Positions 1 to 9,720 of a DNA stretch of 64,000 bases are shown here, one piece after another; position 1 is the first letter of the stretch, and each line of letters starts with the position of its first letter. The notes below the pieces were generated by a model, which saw only the letters and a program-made list of their open reading frames with translations, searched no databases and was not told the origin of the DNA. The translations under genes were made by a program, and so were the position numbers. Source of the stretch: a virus (taxonomy: Duplodnaviria > Caudoviricetes); the IMG/VR virus record IMGVR_UViG_2974670102_000001, positions 128,001-192,000 of that record. One strand, given 5' to 3'.

Positions 1-2410
1 CATCCAGTTTGCGATGGATACGAACCCAGACCGTGGGTACGTGGTGTCGGTAGATCATCCGCTGGCCCACTGGACGAAGGAAGAGCGGCTGCACATCAAG
101 CGCGAGTTGAAGAAGTTCTTCAGCGCCAAGAAGGGGCCGATGCTTCTCACCTTCAACGGTATGTTCGATTTGCGGGTCGTGCGCCAGCAACTGCGCATCC
201 CAATCATCTGGCATCCGGTGTGGGAGATCACGTTCGGTGAGCACGCGCTGGACGAGAACATTTCGTCGCTCAACAAGGTGTGTAGCATGCCTGACGAGCA
301 GTTGAAGGACTCGTCAAAGTTCGGTGGTCTTCGTCCAATCCTGTGTTCGTACGGCAACGACTTCTACTTCAGGGATGACACGGAGTTCGGTAAGGGTGAT
401 CGCGGAAACATCGCGAACATCGACCCGCAGAATCCGGACTTCTTGATGTATGCGGCGATGGACGTTCAATCGCTGCTGCGCATCAAGCAGGAGCAGTTGC
501 GCCGTGCGGACCGGATCATGCTCGCGGGCAAGGTCTGGCGTCCGCATTACGAGCGCCATATGATTCACCAGATGGGGTGGACGGCTCACCAGCTTTCGCA
601 CCTCAAGCAGGACGGGTCGAAGATCAGCAAGTCGTACCTGCGCACCCTGCTCTCGAAAGAAGGGCCCCTGCGTAAGGAGTTGCGTCGAGCCATTGCCGAG
701 TTCCGGGTCTACAAGGAAGTGCGTCAGGCAAACTCGGAACTGCTCAAGGAGTCGGGCTTCAAGGCCGGGTTCCTGTTCGGTGCGGCAAAGGCAGCAGGCA
801 ACTGGATGTTTAAGCTGAGTCGAACGCCACACAAGGCGAAACTCTTCTTCGATATCTTGGGGTTGCAGCCGCTGTCGAAGACGAAGAGCGGGAACGATGC
901 TATCGACAAGGAGTTCGTGGCCCATTACCGGGACAAGAACAAGATTGTCGGGCTGTATGGTGAGTATCAGGCGCTGACGAAGTTGTTGAGCACGTACGCG
1001 CGTGGCTGGTTCAAGCGATTGACCACCAACATGGACGCGGCAAAGGACAACCACCTTCGACCCGACTACTCGGTGTGGGCGGTTGTGACCGGGCGTCTGG
1101 CGTCGATGGGTCCGAACCTCCAGCAGATTCCGAGCCGTGGGAAACTGGCCAAGATCATCAAGAAGATGTTCGTGAGTACTCCGGGCTATCTCATGATCCG
1201 ATACGACTATTCGGCACACGAGGTGCGAATCTGGAGTGTTGCATCAGGCGACGATGCGCTGGCCGAGGCGTTCCGTGCGGGCCAGAAATTGCGGCAGGCG
1301 TACATCGCGGCCACGACCGACGAAGAGCGGGCCGAGATCAAGGCGCAGTTGAAGACGAAGGGCGACATTCACATCCAGAACGTCTTCCGATTCTTCAAGC
1401 AGTGGGTGGACAAGGACCATCCGCTGCGACATGCGATTAAGGCGGTTGTGTTCGGCGTGCTGTACGGTAAGTCGGCCAAGACGCTGGGCATCGACACGAA
1501 GCAGTCTGACCTTGGTGCAATCAAAGGCCAGATCAGTACGCTGTACGAAGAATCGTTGAAGCCTGAGACCGATAAGAAGCGAGTGGCCGAGATCAACCGG
1601 CTGATCGAAGAACTCGATCTGAAGCTGACGGCACTGATCGAAGAAGATCGGACGCCGTACGCACAGGACATCATCGACAAGATGTTCAAGGCGTTCCCGC
1701 AGGGTGCGACGTGGACTGAAGGCATGCAGCGCATGGCAGAAGAAGAGTACTACGTGTACAGCCCGAGTGGTCGTCGCCGGTTCTTGCCCGCTGCTATGAC
1801 ACAGGATCAGCAGATCGTTGCGCAGCAGGTGCGACGCGGTTCGAACGCCCCGATTCAGGGTTTTGCATCCGAGATCGGTGTGCGGGCTGGGCGCGAAATT
1901 CTGGAGGCGTACTACGATGCGCTGCCGCAATTCCGCGAATGGCTTGGGCTCGAAGGCACAGACTGGGACTGGCGTGTCCTGTTCAACCGGACGGTGCACG
2001 ACGCGAACTACTACAGCGTTCCGTACGCTATGGTGATCCCGTTCCTGCATATGATGCAGTATCAGGCGACGTATGGTGTGACGGCCGCGTTCAAGCGCGA
2101 CTTCAACATCAAGTTCACCATCGAGCCTGAGATCGAAGCCGAGATCATGGGTGCGAACGATACGGAAGGCAGTGCTTGGGACTGGAGCCTGAACAACCTG
2201 ATGGACTCGCTAAAAGCCGCACTCAAGAGTCAGGCTGCGGCCGGTCTCCTGAAAGGAACGGAAAGCGAAGTGTTTGAGCAAATCGTCAAACCTTGGCGCT
2301 CGAAGAAAATGCGTGGCTGGTTGCAAGAGAACTATCCGATGTTGGACGTTCGTGATCTGGACACGCAGATTCGTGGTGCCCTGAAACACGCTGACAAGGA
2401 GGCTGCATGA
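1..2410 (+). CDS. polA: DNA polymerase, family A, with 3'-5' exonuclease (probably 5'-truncated by the window edge)
   Basis: ExoII TFNGMFD, ExoIII YAAMD, TGRLASMGPNLQQIP, motif A DYSAHEVR, motif B RHAIKAVVFGVLYG, NAPIQGFASE, motif C VHD. The frame is open back to position 2 (IQFAMDT). Confidence 0.95.
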   Translation, partial: IQFAMDTNPDRGYVVSVDHPLAHWTKEERLHIKRELKKFFSAKKGPMLLTFNGMFDLRVVRQQLRIPIIWHPVWEITFGEHALDENISSLNKVCSMPDEQLKDSSKFGGLRPILCSYGNDFYFRDDTEFGKGDRGNIANIDPQNPDFLMYAAMDVQSLLRIKQEQLRRADRIMLAGKVWRPHYERHMIHQMGWTAHQLSHLKQDGSKISKSYLRTLLSKEGPLRKELRRAIAEFRVYKEVRQANSELLKESGFKAGFLFGAAKAAGNWMFKLSRTPHKAKLFFDILGLQPLSKTKSGNDAIDKEFVAHYRDKNKIVGLYGEYQALTKLLSTYARGWFKRLTTNMDAAKDNHLRPDYSVWAVVTGRLASMGPNLQQIPSRGKLAKIIKKMFVSTPGYLMIRYDYSAHEVRIWSVASGDDALAEAFRAGQKLRQAYIAATTDEERAEIKAQLKTKGDIHIQNVFRFFKQWVDKDHPLRHAIKAVVFGVLYGKSAKTLGIDTKQSDLGAIKGQISTLYEESLKPETDKKRVAEINRLIEELDLKLTALIEEDRTPYAQDIIDKMFKAFPQGATWTEGMQRMAEEEYYVYSPSGRRRFLPAAMTQDQQIVAQQVRRGSNAPIQGFASEIGVRAGREILEAYYDALPQFREWLGLEGTDWDWRVLFNRTVHDANYYSVPYAMVIPFLHMMQYQATYGVTAAFKRDFNIKFTIEPEIEAEIMGANDTEGSAWDWSLNNLMDSLKAALKSQAAAGLLKGTESEVFEQIVKPWRSKKMRGWLQENYPMLDVRDLDTQIRGALKHADKEAA

Positions 2411-2823
2411 TCGACAAAACCCTGTCGGCAGAGCGGGTAGGGGAAGAACTGCTATGGCAGATTTACGTGGAGCCGGAAGAAATGACGGCAGAGCAGTTGA
2501 ACGGTGAGGGCGAACAGCCTGACTACTACGCTCTCTACCTCACGGAGGCGGCCCACGGACATTTCAACATGCAGGTGGTGTTGGCGCGCGTGTTGCCCGG
2601 TGAGCCTGACCTAGGTGACATATACGTCTACGATCATGAAGTGTACAGCACGTTCGTATACATCGCGCCCGGCCGTCGTGCCGACGCGGAGGAACTGCTA
2701 TGTGACATGATCCGCATGCTCAGCGCCGGGAACGTAATCAACCCGATTGAATTGACACACGCGTTCGGTGGGATGGTGCGCGGTCGCCCGGTGCAGATGG
2801 GCACCATGCATCCGACCCACTGA
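2407..2823 (+). CDS. hypothetical protein
   Basis: ATGA overlap with the polA stop; AAGGAGG RBS. Confidence 0.75.
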   Translation: MIDKTLSAERVGEELLWQIYVEPEEMTAEQLNGEGEQPDYYALYLTEAAHGHFNMQVVLARVLPGEPDLGDIYVYDHEVYSTFVYIAPGRRADAEELLCDMIRMLSAGNVINPIELTHAFGGMVRGRPVQMGTMHPTH

Positions 2824-3543
2824 GTGCACTTAACGCTAGACGTTCACATGACACACATTTATGGGTCACTAACTATCGACGCGCAGTCGTCGATGCCAGT
2901 GCTGCCCGTGCTAGACGTTGAACACGTCATGCATGGTCAGCACACCAACTCGTGGTACAAGGGCCAGTGGTCTATGGCACATGTGCCGGGGACCGCCCAC
3001 ACAGTGGTGGCGCTTCCGCAGCGCGGTAAATTCATGGACGTGTACACTGCGTCCGCTGATCTGGAGCGTACGGAAGCAATCGGTCAGCACATTGCGGACA
3101 GTCTGCGCGATCTCGATTCGAAGCATGCGGGCTCGCGGTGGCTGTACAAGCTGCACATGCTGATGCAGGAAACTGGTGCCGACGTTCCGTACACGTCGAT
3201 CATCAACAACATGAGCGAGCATGCGTCGTTCTCGCTCCTGAGCCAAGGGATTGACCTAGGGGTCTACGGTGTATATGATACGGTTAATCGTAGCGTACAA
3301 CTCGTGTGGACTACCGATCCCGACTTCGTTCAGAGGACGCGGGCAACGGAGCCCACGCGGTATCTTTTCCACCGCTACCCCGTAGTCCGTGACCGTCCCT
3401 TGTTCATACACACAGAGAACGTGTGTGCCAAGTGGTACGTGTGGAAGCAAGCATTCACGAACGTTGACGGGGTTCTCAAGGCATTCAACGTGCTCGAAAA
3501 CTTTCTCTTCAAGAATCCAGAAGTAGCTGAAATCCGGAGGTGA
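2824..3543 (+). CDS. hypothetical protein
   Basis: 239-aa ORF tightly filling the gap between its neighbours; start uncertain. Confidence 0.7.
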   Translation: MHLTLDVHMTHIYGSLTIDAQSSMPVLPVLDVEHVMHGQHTNSWYKGQWSMAHVPGTAHTVVALPQRGKFMDVYTASADLERTEAIGQHIADSLRDLDSKHAGSRWLYKLHMLMQETGADVPYTSIINNMSEHASFSLLSQGIDLGVYGVYDTVNRSVQLVWTTDPDFVQRTRATEPTRYLFHRYPVVRDRPLFIHTENVCAKWYVWKQAFTNVDGVLKAFNVLENFLFKNPEVAEIRR

Positions 3544-3547
3544 TCTG

Positions 3548-4615
3548 ATGGGCGTATTGTCTCAAGAACGCCTCGAACACATCCGGCAGCAACTGGCCAT
3601 GCTTCCTAATGCAAAGCGTGGTGGCGCAAACCGGATCATGGTCTGCTGCCCCTATCATGGGGAGTCAAACCCGAGTGCCGGTATCTGGACGGAGGGGCCC
3701 TACGCCGGTCTCTTCCGATGCTTCGCGTGTAAGGCACGTGCCAAATGGGACGAGGTGGCTCCGAAGCTGGGGCTGAAGGCGTTCTATGATGGGCCGCCGC
3801 GCGAAGAGAACACGTCGAATCTGTTGATGAGTCGACTGAAGCAAGTCGAGGCCGCAACGAGCGCCGTGGACGCAATGCATGAGCGGGGTTACCGCGAAGA
3901 GAAGCTGAAGTTCTCGCGACTGGCCCCCAACAAGAAGTGGCGCACGATACCGACCAACCTGCTTCTGGAGTTGGGCGGAAAGATGTGCGTGAAGTATCTC
4001 GACGACTACAACACGTGGTCGACGACGAAGTTCATCTACCTGCCGGTCATGATCCGGGGCGAACAGCGCGGCTATTTCCGGGCCCGGCTCAAGAAAGACG
4101 AGAGCGGTAAGAACCTGCCGTCGTACCTGTTGGCTCCGGGCACACGAGGCTCGAACTGGTCGTCTCAAGACGGCCTGTGGCCCTACGATCATGCGATAGG
4201 CATGATGAAGAAGATGAAATCCAAGACCGTGGTATTGGTCGAAGGGCAGCGCGACGCACTGCGTCTGATCTTGGCTGGAATACCAGCCATGTGCATCTTC
4301 GGAACTCAGTCGTGGTCAACACATAAGGCGCGTCACCTCAGCCTCGGAGGCGTGAAGCGCGTTGTACTTTTCATGGACGGTGATGCCGCTGGCTTCCACG
4401 CAACGGAGCACATCAAGCCGAGCCTGAAGAACGAGGTTGAAGTGCGGGCTCTCTCACTGTGGAAGATGAAGGGCTCCCCGCTGCTTCCGTATCTCGAAGA
4501 CCTCGAAATCGACGATGCTACGAAGGCCGCAAAGAAGGACGGCGTGACGCTATGGGACCCGGGTTGCGTCCCGGATCGTATCATCAACCGTCTCCGTGAG
4601 AAGTATTTCGAGTGA
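3548..4615 (+). CDS. DNA primase (CHC2 zinc finger + TOPRIM)
   Basis: CCPYH...CFAC zinc finger; TOPRIM VLVEGQRDAL and VLFMDGDAAG; GGAGG RBS. Confidence 0.9.
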   Translation: MGVLSQERLEHIRQQLAMLPNAKRGGANRIMVCCPYHGESNPSAGIWTEGPYAGLFRCFACKARAKWDEVAPKLGLKAFYDGPPREENTSNLLMSRLKQVEAATSAVDAMHERGYREEKLKFSRLAPNKKWRTIPTNLLLELGGKMCVKYLDDYNTWSTTKFIYLPVMIRGEQRGYFRARLKKDESGKNLPSYLLAPGTRGSNWSSQDGLWPYDHAIGMMKKMKSKTVVLVEGQRDALRLILAGIPAMCIFGTQSWSTHKARHLSLGGVKRVVLFMDGDAAGFHATEHIKPSLKNEVEVRALSLWKMKGSPLLPYLEDLEIDDATKAAKKDGVTLWDPGCVPDRIINRLREKYFE

Positions 4616-4622
4616 GGACAAG

Positions 4623-5009
4623 ATGCTTTTTCTGAAGAAGTATGCGATTGAAATAGTGCTGCTGATCGCGTTTGCAGCGCTTTGCGTTATGGTCGGCTAC
4701 GGCCACGGCTACAAGTCCGGTTGGGCTGCGCAGCAGGTCACCATCGACAAGATGGCGAAGGACGAAAACGCAAAGCGCGACAGCGACAACGGCCGTCTGA
4801 ACGCGGCCGAGCAGCAGGCACCGAAAGTCGCTGCGCAGGTCGCAACCACGGTACAGACGAAGGTCGAATATCGCGACCGCATCGTTCGCGAGTACTACGA
4901 AAAGACTCCCAGTGCTGAAACCTGCAAGTGGGCAGTCCCGACGATCAACCTGATCAACCAAGTCATCGACGGCCCGAGCCCGGCGTCGGACGCAGCAACG
5001 GAGAAGTAA
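4623..5009 (+). CDS. inner-membrane spanin (Rz-like)
   Basis: N-terminal TM helix followed by GYxxG, a helical periplasmic domain with VEYRDRIV and a C-terminal Cys; directly upstream of a lipoprotein gene. Confidence 0.7.
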   Translation: MLFLKKYAIEIVLLIAFAALCVMVGYGHGYKSGWAAQQVTIDKMAKDENAKRDSDNGRLNAAEQQAPKVAAQVATTVQTKVEYRDRIVREYYEKTPSAETCKWAVPTINLINQVIDGPSPASDAATEK

Positions 5010-5010
5010 C

Positions 5011-5319
5011 ATGCGATTGACAAAGACCGCCGTTTGTGCAATACTCACGGCCGCAGTACTTTCGGGCTGCGGAACCGCGCCGACACCCAGCACACCGGTT
5101 CTCGTGAGCGAGAAGCAGTCGCTCAACATCGATCCGAAGTCGCTGGATTGCGACGGATTGTCAAAGCTTGATCCGTCCAAGCCATACGGTGAGAAAGAAC
5201 AAGTCAAGGCCATCGAGGTATGGGCCAACGAGTTCGACACGTGCCGCCTGAAGTTCCGTGGGTTCGTCACCCTCGTCACCCCGCTCCTGCGCATCAACCA
5301 GCCTGCCGCTAGTAAATAA
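5011..5319 (+). CDS. outer-membrane spanin lipoprotein (Rz1-like)
   Basis: Signal peptide with lipobox LSGC, Pro-rich linker and two further Cys; adjacent to the Rz-like gene. Confidence 0.7.
   Translation: MRLTKTAVCAILTAAVLSGCGTAPTPSTPVLVSEKQSLNIDPKSLDCDGLSKLDPSKPYGEKEQVKAIEVWANEFDTCRLKFRGFVTLVTPLLRINQPAASK
5310..5318 (+). promoter_or_regulatory. class A motif TAGTAAATA (putative phage promoter)
   Basis: One of five exact copies found at gene boundaries. Confidence 0.6.
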
Positions 5320-5356
5320 GAGTGGTAGCTACCCTATAACCCCATAGAGGATCAAC

Positions 5357-6655
5357 ATGTCTGTATCTGAAAACATCGACTTCCTGACGCCCGGCTCGGT
5401 CTGGCTTCGTGAGGCCGATGGCTCCGTAGCGAAGTTCCTGATGCTCACGAACACGAGCCTGAAGAAGAAAACGCAGGAGCAGCACCCGCCGCAAGTCATC
5501 TACGTTGACGCGCAGGGGAACTTCTACAACCGACGCGTCGAGGACTTCTTCAAGGTCTACACGTTCCACAGCGTCGACGGCGACCTCGAACGTCGTCTCG
5601 AATCCCTGATCCAGTTCAACGAAGCCGATCTGGAGCACGTGCACGACCCGGAAGACGAGCCGGTGTCCGAAGTCGCTGACGCGCTGATCAACGAAGTCGT
5701 GGACGAAGTCCCGGGCGAGTTGAGCGCCCCTGCATTCGTGGAGCAGTTCGCAACGGACCCGAGCCGGTCCCTCAACGTGTACTTCGGTCTGATCAAGAAG
5801 GAAGACACGCGAATGCCAGTGCTGTCAGCCGCCGACCTGAACGACGCGCTGGTCCACTACTCGCAGAACCCGAACCAAGAGTACGGGATCACCGAGCACC
5901 GCCTCATGTTCTCGCTCGGCGGCCCGGTCACCATCGAGAGCCTGACGGAAGCGTTCCACCCGAGCCTCGAAGTCAGCACGTACGACTGGTTCGACGTGCA
6001 CGCAAACGAGAAATCGGAAGCCATCGTCTGGGAATCGTGGATCGGTGTCTACCCCGAATACTCGATCCGGGGCCTGTACGCGACTGTCATCGTTGGTGTG
6101 CCTGACGCAAGCGCCACTGCCGCAGAAACTACCACGATGATGGAGACTCTGGAAGCCGCGAGCCGTGAAGGCAACCCGGTCCCGCTCGAAATGTGGACAG
6201 CAGCCGCAGGTGTCGATAGCGCGGCACTTCTGGCTGAAGTCGATCCTGCTGTGCACACAGCGGGGTACGCGCAGGCAGCGCCGCTTACGGTCCCGGCCGA
6301 GACGACGGAAGCCGAACTGAACGTGATGCAGCAAGCATTCATCGATGCGACGGCGCACGCGCAGCCCGAAGAAGTTTCGATTCCGGCAGCTACCATGAGC
6401 CAGACGGAAGAGATCGCGATGCTCGTCCAGAGCCTCGGTCTGACTACCGACGCCGCAAGCGAACTGGCAGCAGATGCTGAAGTCATGGCCGCAATCGCTG
6501 CGGTTCAGGCAAAACGTCGTGAAGGCACGATCACACTGCGCAACGCAGAGCCGGTATCGGACGTGACCGACGTGGAAGCCACTGACATCGTTGTCGAACC
6601 TGCGTTCTCTCCTGAGACCGCAGCCGAGATCGGGCTGAACCAACAACAGCAGTAA
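5357..6655 (+). CDS. hypothetical acidic protein with Ala/Glu/Thr-rich C-terminal half
   Basis: 432-aa ORF, GAGGA RBS, followed by a terminator. Confidence 0.8.
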   Translation: MSVSENIDFLTPGSVWLREADGSVAKFLMLTNTSLKKKTQEQHPPQVIYVDAQGNFYNRRVEDFFKVYTFHSVDGDLERRLESLIQFNEADLEHVHDPEDEPVSEVADALINEVVDEVPGELSAPAFVEQFATDPSRSLNVYFGLIKKEDTRMPVLSAADLNDALVHYSQNPNQEYGITEHRLMFSLGGPVTIESLTEAFHPSLEVSTYDWFDVHANEKSEAIVWESWIGVYPEYSIRGLYATVIVGVPDASATAAETTTMMETLEAASREGNPVPLEMWTAAAGVDSAALLAEVDPAVHTAGYAQAAPLTVPAETTEAELNVMQQAFIDATAHAQPEEVSIPAATMSQTEEIAMLVQSLGLTTDAASELAADAEVMAAIAAVQAKRREGTITLRNAEPVSDVTDVEATDIVVEPAFSPETAAEIGLNQQQQ

Positions 6656-6669
6656 GCGGGTAACCGCAG

Positions 6670-6695
6670 TACCCGGGCCGAGTCCCGGGTATTTT
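6670..6695 (+). terminator. intrinsic terminator
   Basis: TACCCGGG-ccgagt-CCCGGGTA then TTTT. Confidence 0.6.
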
Positions 6696-6711
6696 CGTTT
6701 AAGGAGTTGCA

Positions 6712-7725
6712 ATGAAAGTCGATGTAGGCGATTACGTAATCGCTAAGCCCGAAGGTGCAAAGCGCGCAGTTTTCTTCAAGGTCTCGGGCATTTCCAAGGG
6801 TATCGTGTCCGGGCGTCTGGAGAAGGACGGCCACCTGCCCAATCAAGAGAGCAAGGCAATCGAGGCACCCGTCTCCCAACTGATCGCGAACTTGGGCACC
6901 GACCCGGGCCGTGGCCGTGCGTACGGCTGCGACACGAGCCTCGTGTACAAGGGCCGCAAGACCCATGACAAGTTCGGCCCGCTCTACTGGTTCTACAAGC
7001 CGGAAGGAGACGCAGGTGAACGTGTTGTGCGCGCCTTTGACAAAGCGTACAAAGTCTTGAAGAAGAACGGCTTGGACTTCATCATCCAGCCCGAGACGTG
7101 CGTCTGGGAGATCACGCCCCCGAACGGTGAGCGGTATGCTGGCATGTACAAGCGCTCGTCCAAGCCGGAGAAGAACCCGCACCGCCTGATCATCCGTCCG
7201 GAGGTCATGGAAGAGAAGGACTGGGCGTACGTGATCTACCACGAACTGGCAGGCCACCACCTGCACTACGAGTTCCTGACGGGCTCGAAGCTGGAAGGCG
7301 CGTGGGTGAAGCTGTACAACCGAAGCGTGAAGGTCAGCGTCGTCAAGAAGGAAGACTGTGCGCGTATCCTCGAAGATTTTCTGGGTCAGGAGACCCGGCT
7401 CTCGGACTACAAGGGCCAACTCGGTGAGGATGACGCAGAGGCCCTGAAGTGGATTCTCAAGGCCATCAAGACGAACCACAAGATTTCGCTTTCCGAGATC
7501 GATTTGCTGTTTGCTGCCGACTACGCGGACGACATCCGCGCGATCTGGCCGCAGCGGGTGTCGCGCGTCGATCTGGAGCCGCTGGTCACGGAATACGCGC
7601 TCAAGAACTACAAGGAGTTGATCGCTGAGTCGATTGCGTGGTATCTTTCGGGACTCCAGCTTCCGAAGGACGTGACGAAGCTCGTGGAGAAGACTCTTGC
7701 CTACGTGAAGGCGAACCATGAGTAA
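6712..7725 (+). CDS. putative zincin-like metallopeptidase
   Basis: VIYHELAGHH (HExxxH) plus a distal YAxxNxxELIAES motif; AAGGAG RBS. Confidence 0.5.
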   Translation: MKVDVGDYVIAKPEGAKRAVFFKVSGISKGIVSGRLEKDGHLPNQESKAIEAPVSQLIANLGTDPGRGRAYGCDTSLVYKGRKTHDKFGPLYWFYKPEGDAGERVVRAFDKAYKVLKKNGLDFIIQPETCVWEITPPNGERYAGMYKRSSKPEKNPHRLIIRPEVMEEKDWAYVIYHELAGHHLHYEFLTGSKLEGAWVKLYNRSVKVSVVKKEDCARILEDFLGQETRLSDYKGQLGEDDAEALKWILKAIKTNHKISLSEIDLLFAADYADDIRAIWPQRVSRVDLEPLVTEYALKNYKELIAESIAWYLSGLQLPKDVTKLVEKTLAYVKANHE

Positions 7726-8059
7726 CATTCGCACCGTCGGCACGGACCTGCGTGTCCTTATCAACTCGTTCTCGTGTCACGTATCGAAGACGCAGCGGGC
7801 CACGATAAATATCAGTGGACAGGTTGAAAGAATTGGGGTATCATGCCACTTCACTTTTCAACTCGGCCCCAAGAAGACGCGTCTGACGTTCAAGGACGCG
7901 TGGATCAGGGACCAGTCTCATCCGCAAGAAGTGGCGTTTGCCGTTAAGTGCGCGCTGGCCGACTTCATTCGCAAGACTGATGTGGTGCCCGACGCTTATC
8001 GGGAACAGCTAGTTCAATTGGTGCTTCGGCATCACCTACAGGACAAGGAGCAACGATGA
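7718..8059 (+). CDS. hypothetical protein
   Basis: ORF overlapping both neighbours in the operon. Confidence 0.65.
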   Translation: MSNIRTVGTDLRVLINSFSCHVSKTQRATINISGQVERIGVSCHFTFQLGPKKTRLTFKDAWIRDQSHPQEVAFAVKCALADFIRKTDVVPDAYREQLVQLVLRHHLQDKEQR

Positions 8060-8520
8060 TCGAATACACCAACCGCGAAGACTTCGATGACGGGCTGGAC
8101 AGCGAACTTCTCGTCAAGTTCGACTCGCTGTTGGGCGAGACCATCGTCGGCGTCGAAGACGACCCGCAGCGACGCTACATCATCTTCACGACGATGAGCG
8201 GGCGTATGCTCAAGCTTTACCACATGGACAGTTGTTGCGAGGATGTGTACATCGAATCGATCACTGGTGACCTGTTCGATCTGTTGGGCACCCCGCTTCT
8301 GCTGGCCAACGAGTCGACGAGCGACGAGAACCCGAAGGCGCAGCCGCGACCAGACTACCTCGATGAAGAGGACGACTGGGATGGGACGCCGGAACATTTC
8401 CAGTGGACGTTCTATCGACTGGCTACCGCACGCGGTTTCGTCGACATCCGATTCTACGGTTCGAGCAACGGGCACTACTCGGTGAAGGTACGGCTCGCAG
8501 ACATTACGGACAACCAATGA
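8056..8520 (+). CDS. conserved small phage protein (DCCE...WTFY...GxSNGxYS type)
   Basis: HMDSCCEDVYIE, WTFYRLAT and YGSSNGHYS motifs that I recognise from phage hypothetical proteins; AAGGAG RBS. Confidence 0.75.
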   Translation: MIEYTNREDFDDGLDSELLVKFDSLLGETIVGVEDDPQRRYIIFTTMSGRMLKLYHMDSCCEDVYIESITGDLFDLLGTPLLLANESTSDENPKAQPRPDYLDEEDDWDGTPEHFQWTFYRLATARGFVDIRFYGSSNGHYSVKVRLADITDNQ

Positions 8521-8876
8521 CGATCAAGATCGTGGTGCCGCCTTCGGGCGGTATCGAGTGGGTCAAGAAAAAGAAGAACGTGCTCGTATCCGATTCTTGG
8601 CTACCACTAGCCTTTGCCCGCGAGGCCCACATCGAGGAACGGGAAGAAATGGTGATGGTGCGAAAGCCCACGCTGGTTACTCTCGACTTCGGTGCCGACT
8701 TCGACATGGAGCCGTGGATCGAACTGCTGTATAGGTACGCGCGCAGCAGCATGAGCGGCCGGTCGCCCAAGCGGGATATCGAGGTCGAGGGGTTGCTGTT
8801 GCGCGGCGTGTATCCGATGGACAACGTAGAGGGTAGCACGTGGGTGTGCTCCATCGACATGTGGGAGAAAGCATGA
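8517..8876 (+). CDS. hypothetical protein
   Basis: ATGA-coupled start at 8517. Confidence 0.65.
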   Translation: MTIKIVVPPSGGIEWVKKKKNVLVSDSWLPLAFAREAHIEEREEMVMVRKPTLVTLDFGADFDMEPWIELLYRYARSSMSGRSPKRDIEVEGLLLRGVYPMDNVEGSTWVCSIDMWEKA

Positions 8877-9334
8877 AGGTAGTGGACAAAGACATCATGA
8901 ACGGGGTGCTGGTCGTCGACTTCGAGGACTACGACGTTCAGGGTTGGTTCGAGGAAGTCACGGCTCCCAGCACGGATGTGGCGTTCGGCGCACCGCGCAT
9001 GTACCGACGTGATCTCGTGATCGACGGTACACTATACATCGGCCTGTTCCCGGTCATCCGCCGTGGCACGAGCACCGTGTGGGAGTGCAGTGTCCGGTAT
9101 ACGGACCCGCGCTACACCAATGTCAAGTTCGTTGTATGCGCTGACGACGTGAAGAGCAAGCACGATGGGCAGTGGCATTTCGTGTCAGCCCAGCAGATCG
9201 CGCGCCTCCACAACCTGCGGCCCAGTCAGTGGGTCACGTTGCAGCAGGCACAGAAAATCGGACTCTCGCTTGAGGGCCTTACGATCCTGCGCCCGCGATT
9301 CGACGGGGACTACAAGGACTACAGCGGGGCATGA
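8873..9334 (+). CDS. hypothetical protein
   Basis: ATGA-coupled start at 8873; GGAG RBS. Confidence 0.65.
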   Translation: MKVVDKDIMNGVLVVDFEDYDVQGWFEEVTAPSTDVAFGAPRMYRRDLVIDGTLYIGLFPVIRRGTSTVWECSVRYTDPRYTNVKFVVCADDVKSKHDGQWHFVSAQQIARLHNLRPSQWVTLQQAQKIGLSLEGLTILRPRFDGDYKDYSGA

Positions 9335-9720
9335 TGTTTAGCACCACCGCGTACCATTCGTCGAACTTCCTGTTCGATTTCCCCGTACAGGCAAAGGCTA
9401 ACGCGAATCGTAAATACACAGATCGGCATGCCAATGGCCTTCTAGGTCTGTGGTGCTCCGTTACCGAGCGCGGGCGCTCCGCATTCGGACGTTACCTGTA
9501 TGAATTCGAGATCGACGCTGACTGGCCTTCGGTCCTGAACATCAAGTTGAGCACTCTGTTCGGGATCAGTGATCCGACAGAGTTGCGTGACTTGCGTAAG
9601 ACTTGGCTCGATAATGGGACCAAGGTAGTGCGGCTTAGCGAGTGCGATCAGGTCTTTCAGGCCATTGTGCTCGATTTCCGCGTCATCAAAAACTGGCACC
9701 TAGTTGAAGAGAAGAAATGA
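9331..9720 (+). CDS. putative small ADP-ribosyltransferase-fold protein
   Basis: AYHSS...F-F, GLLGLWCS, AFGRYLYEFEI, NG, QAIVLD...I spacing resembles the ART-PolyVal-type fold. Confidence 0.4.
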   Translation: MMFSTTAYHSSNFLFDFPVQAKANANRKYTDRHANGLLGLWCSVTERGRSAFGRYLYEFEIDADWPSVLNIKLSTLFGISDPTELRDLRKTWLDNGTKVVRLSECDQVFQAIVLDFRVIKNWHLVEEKK

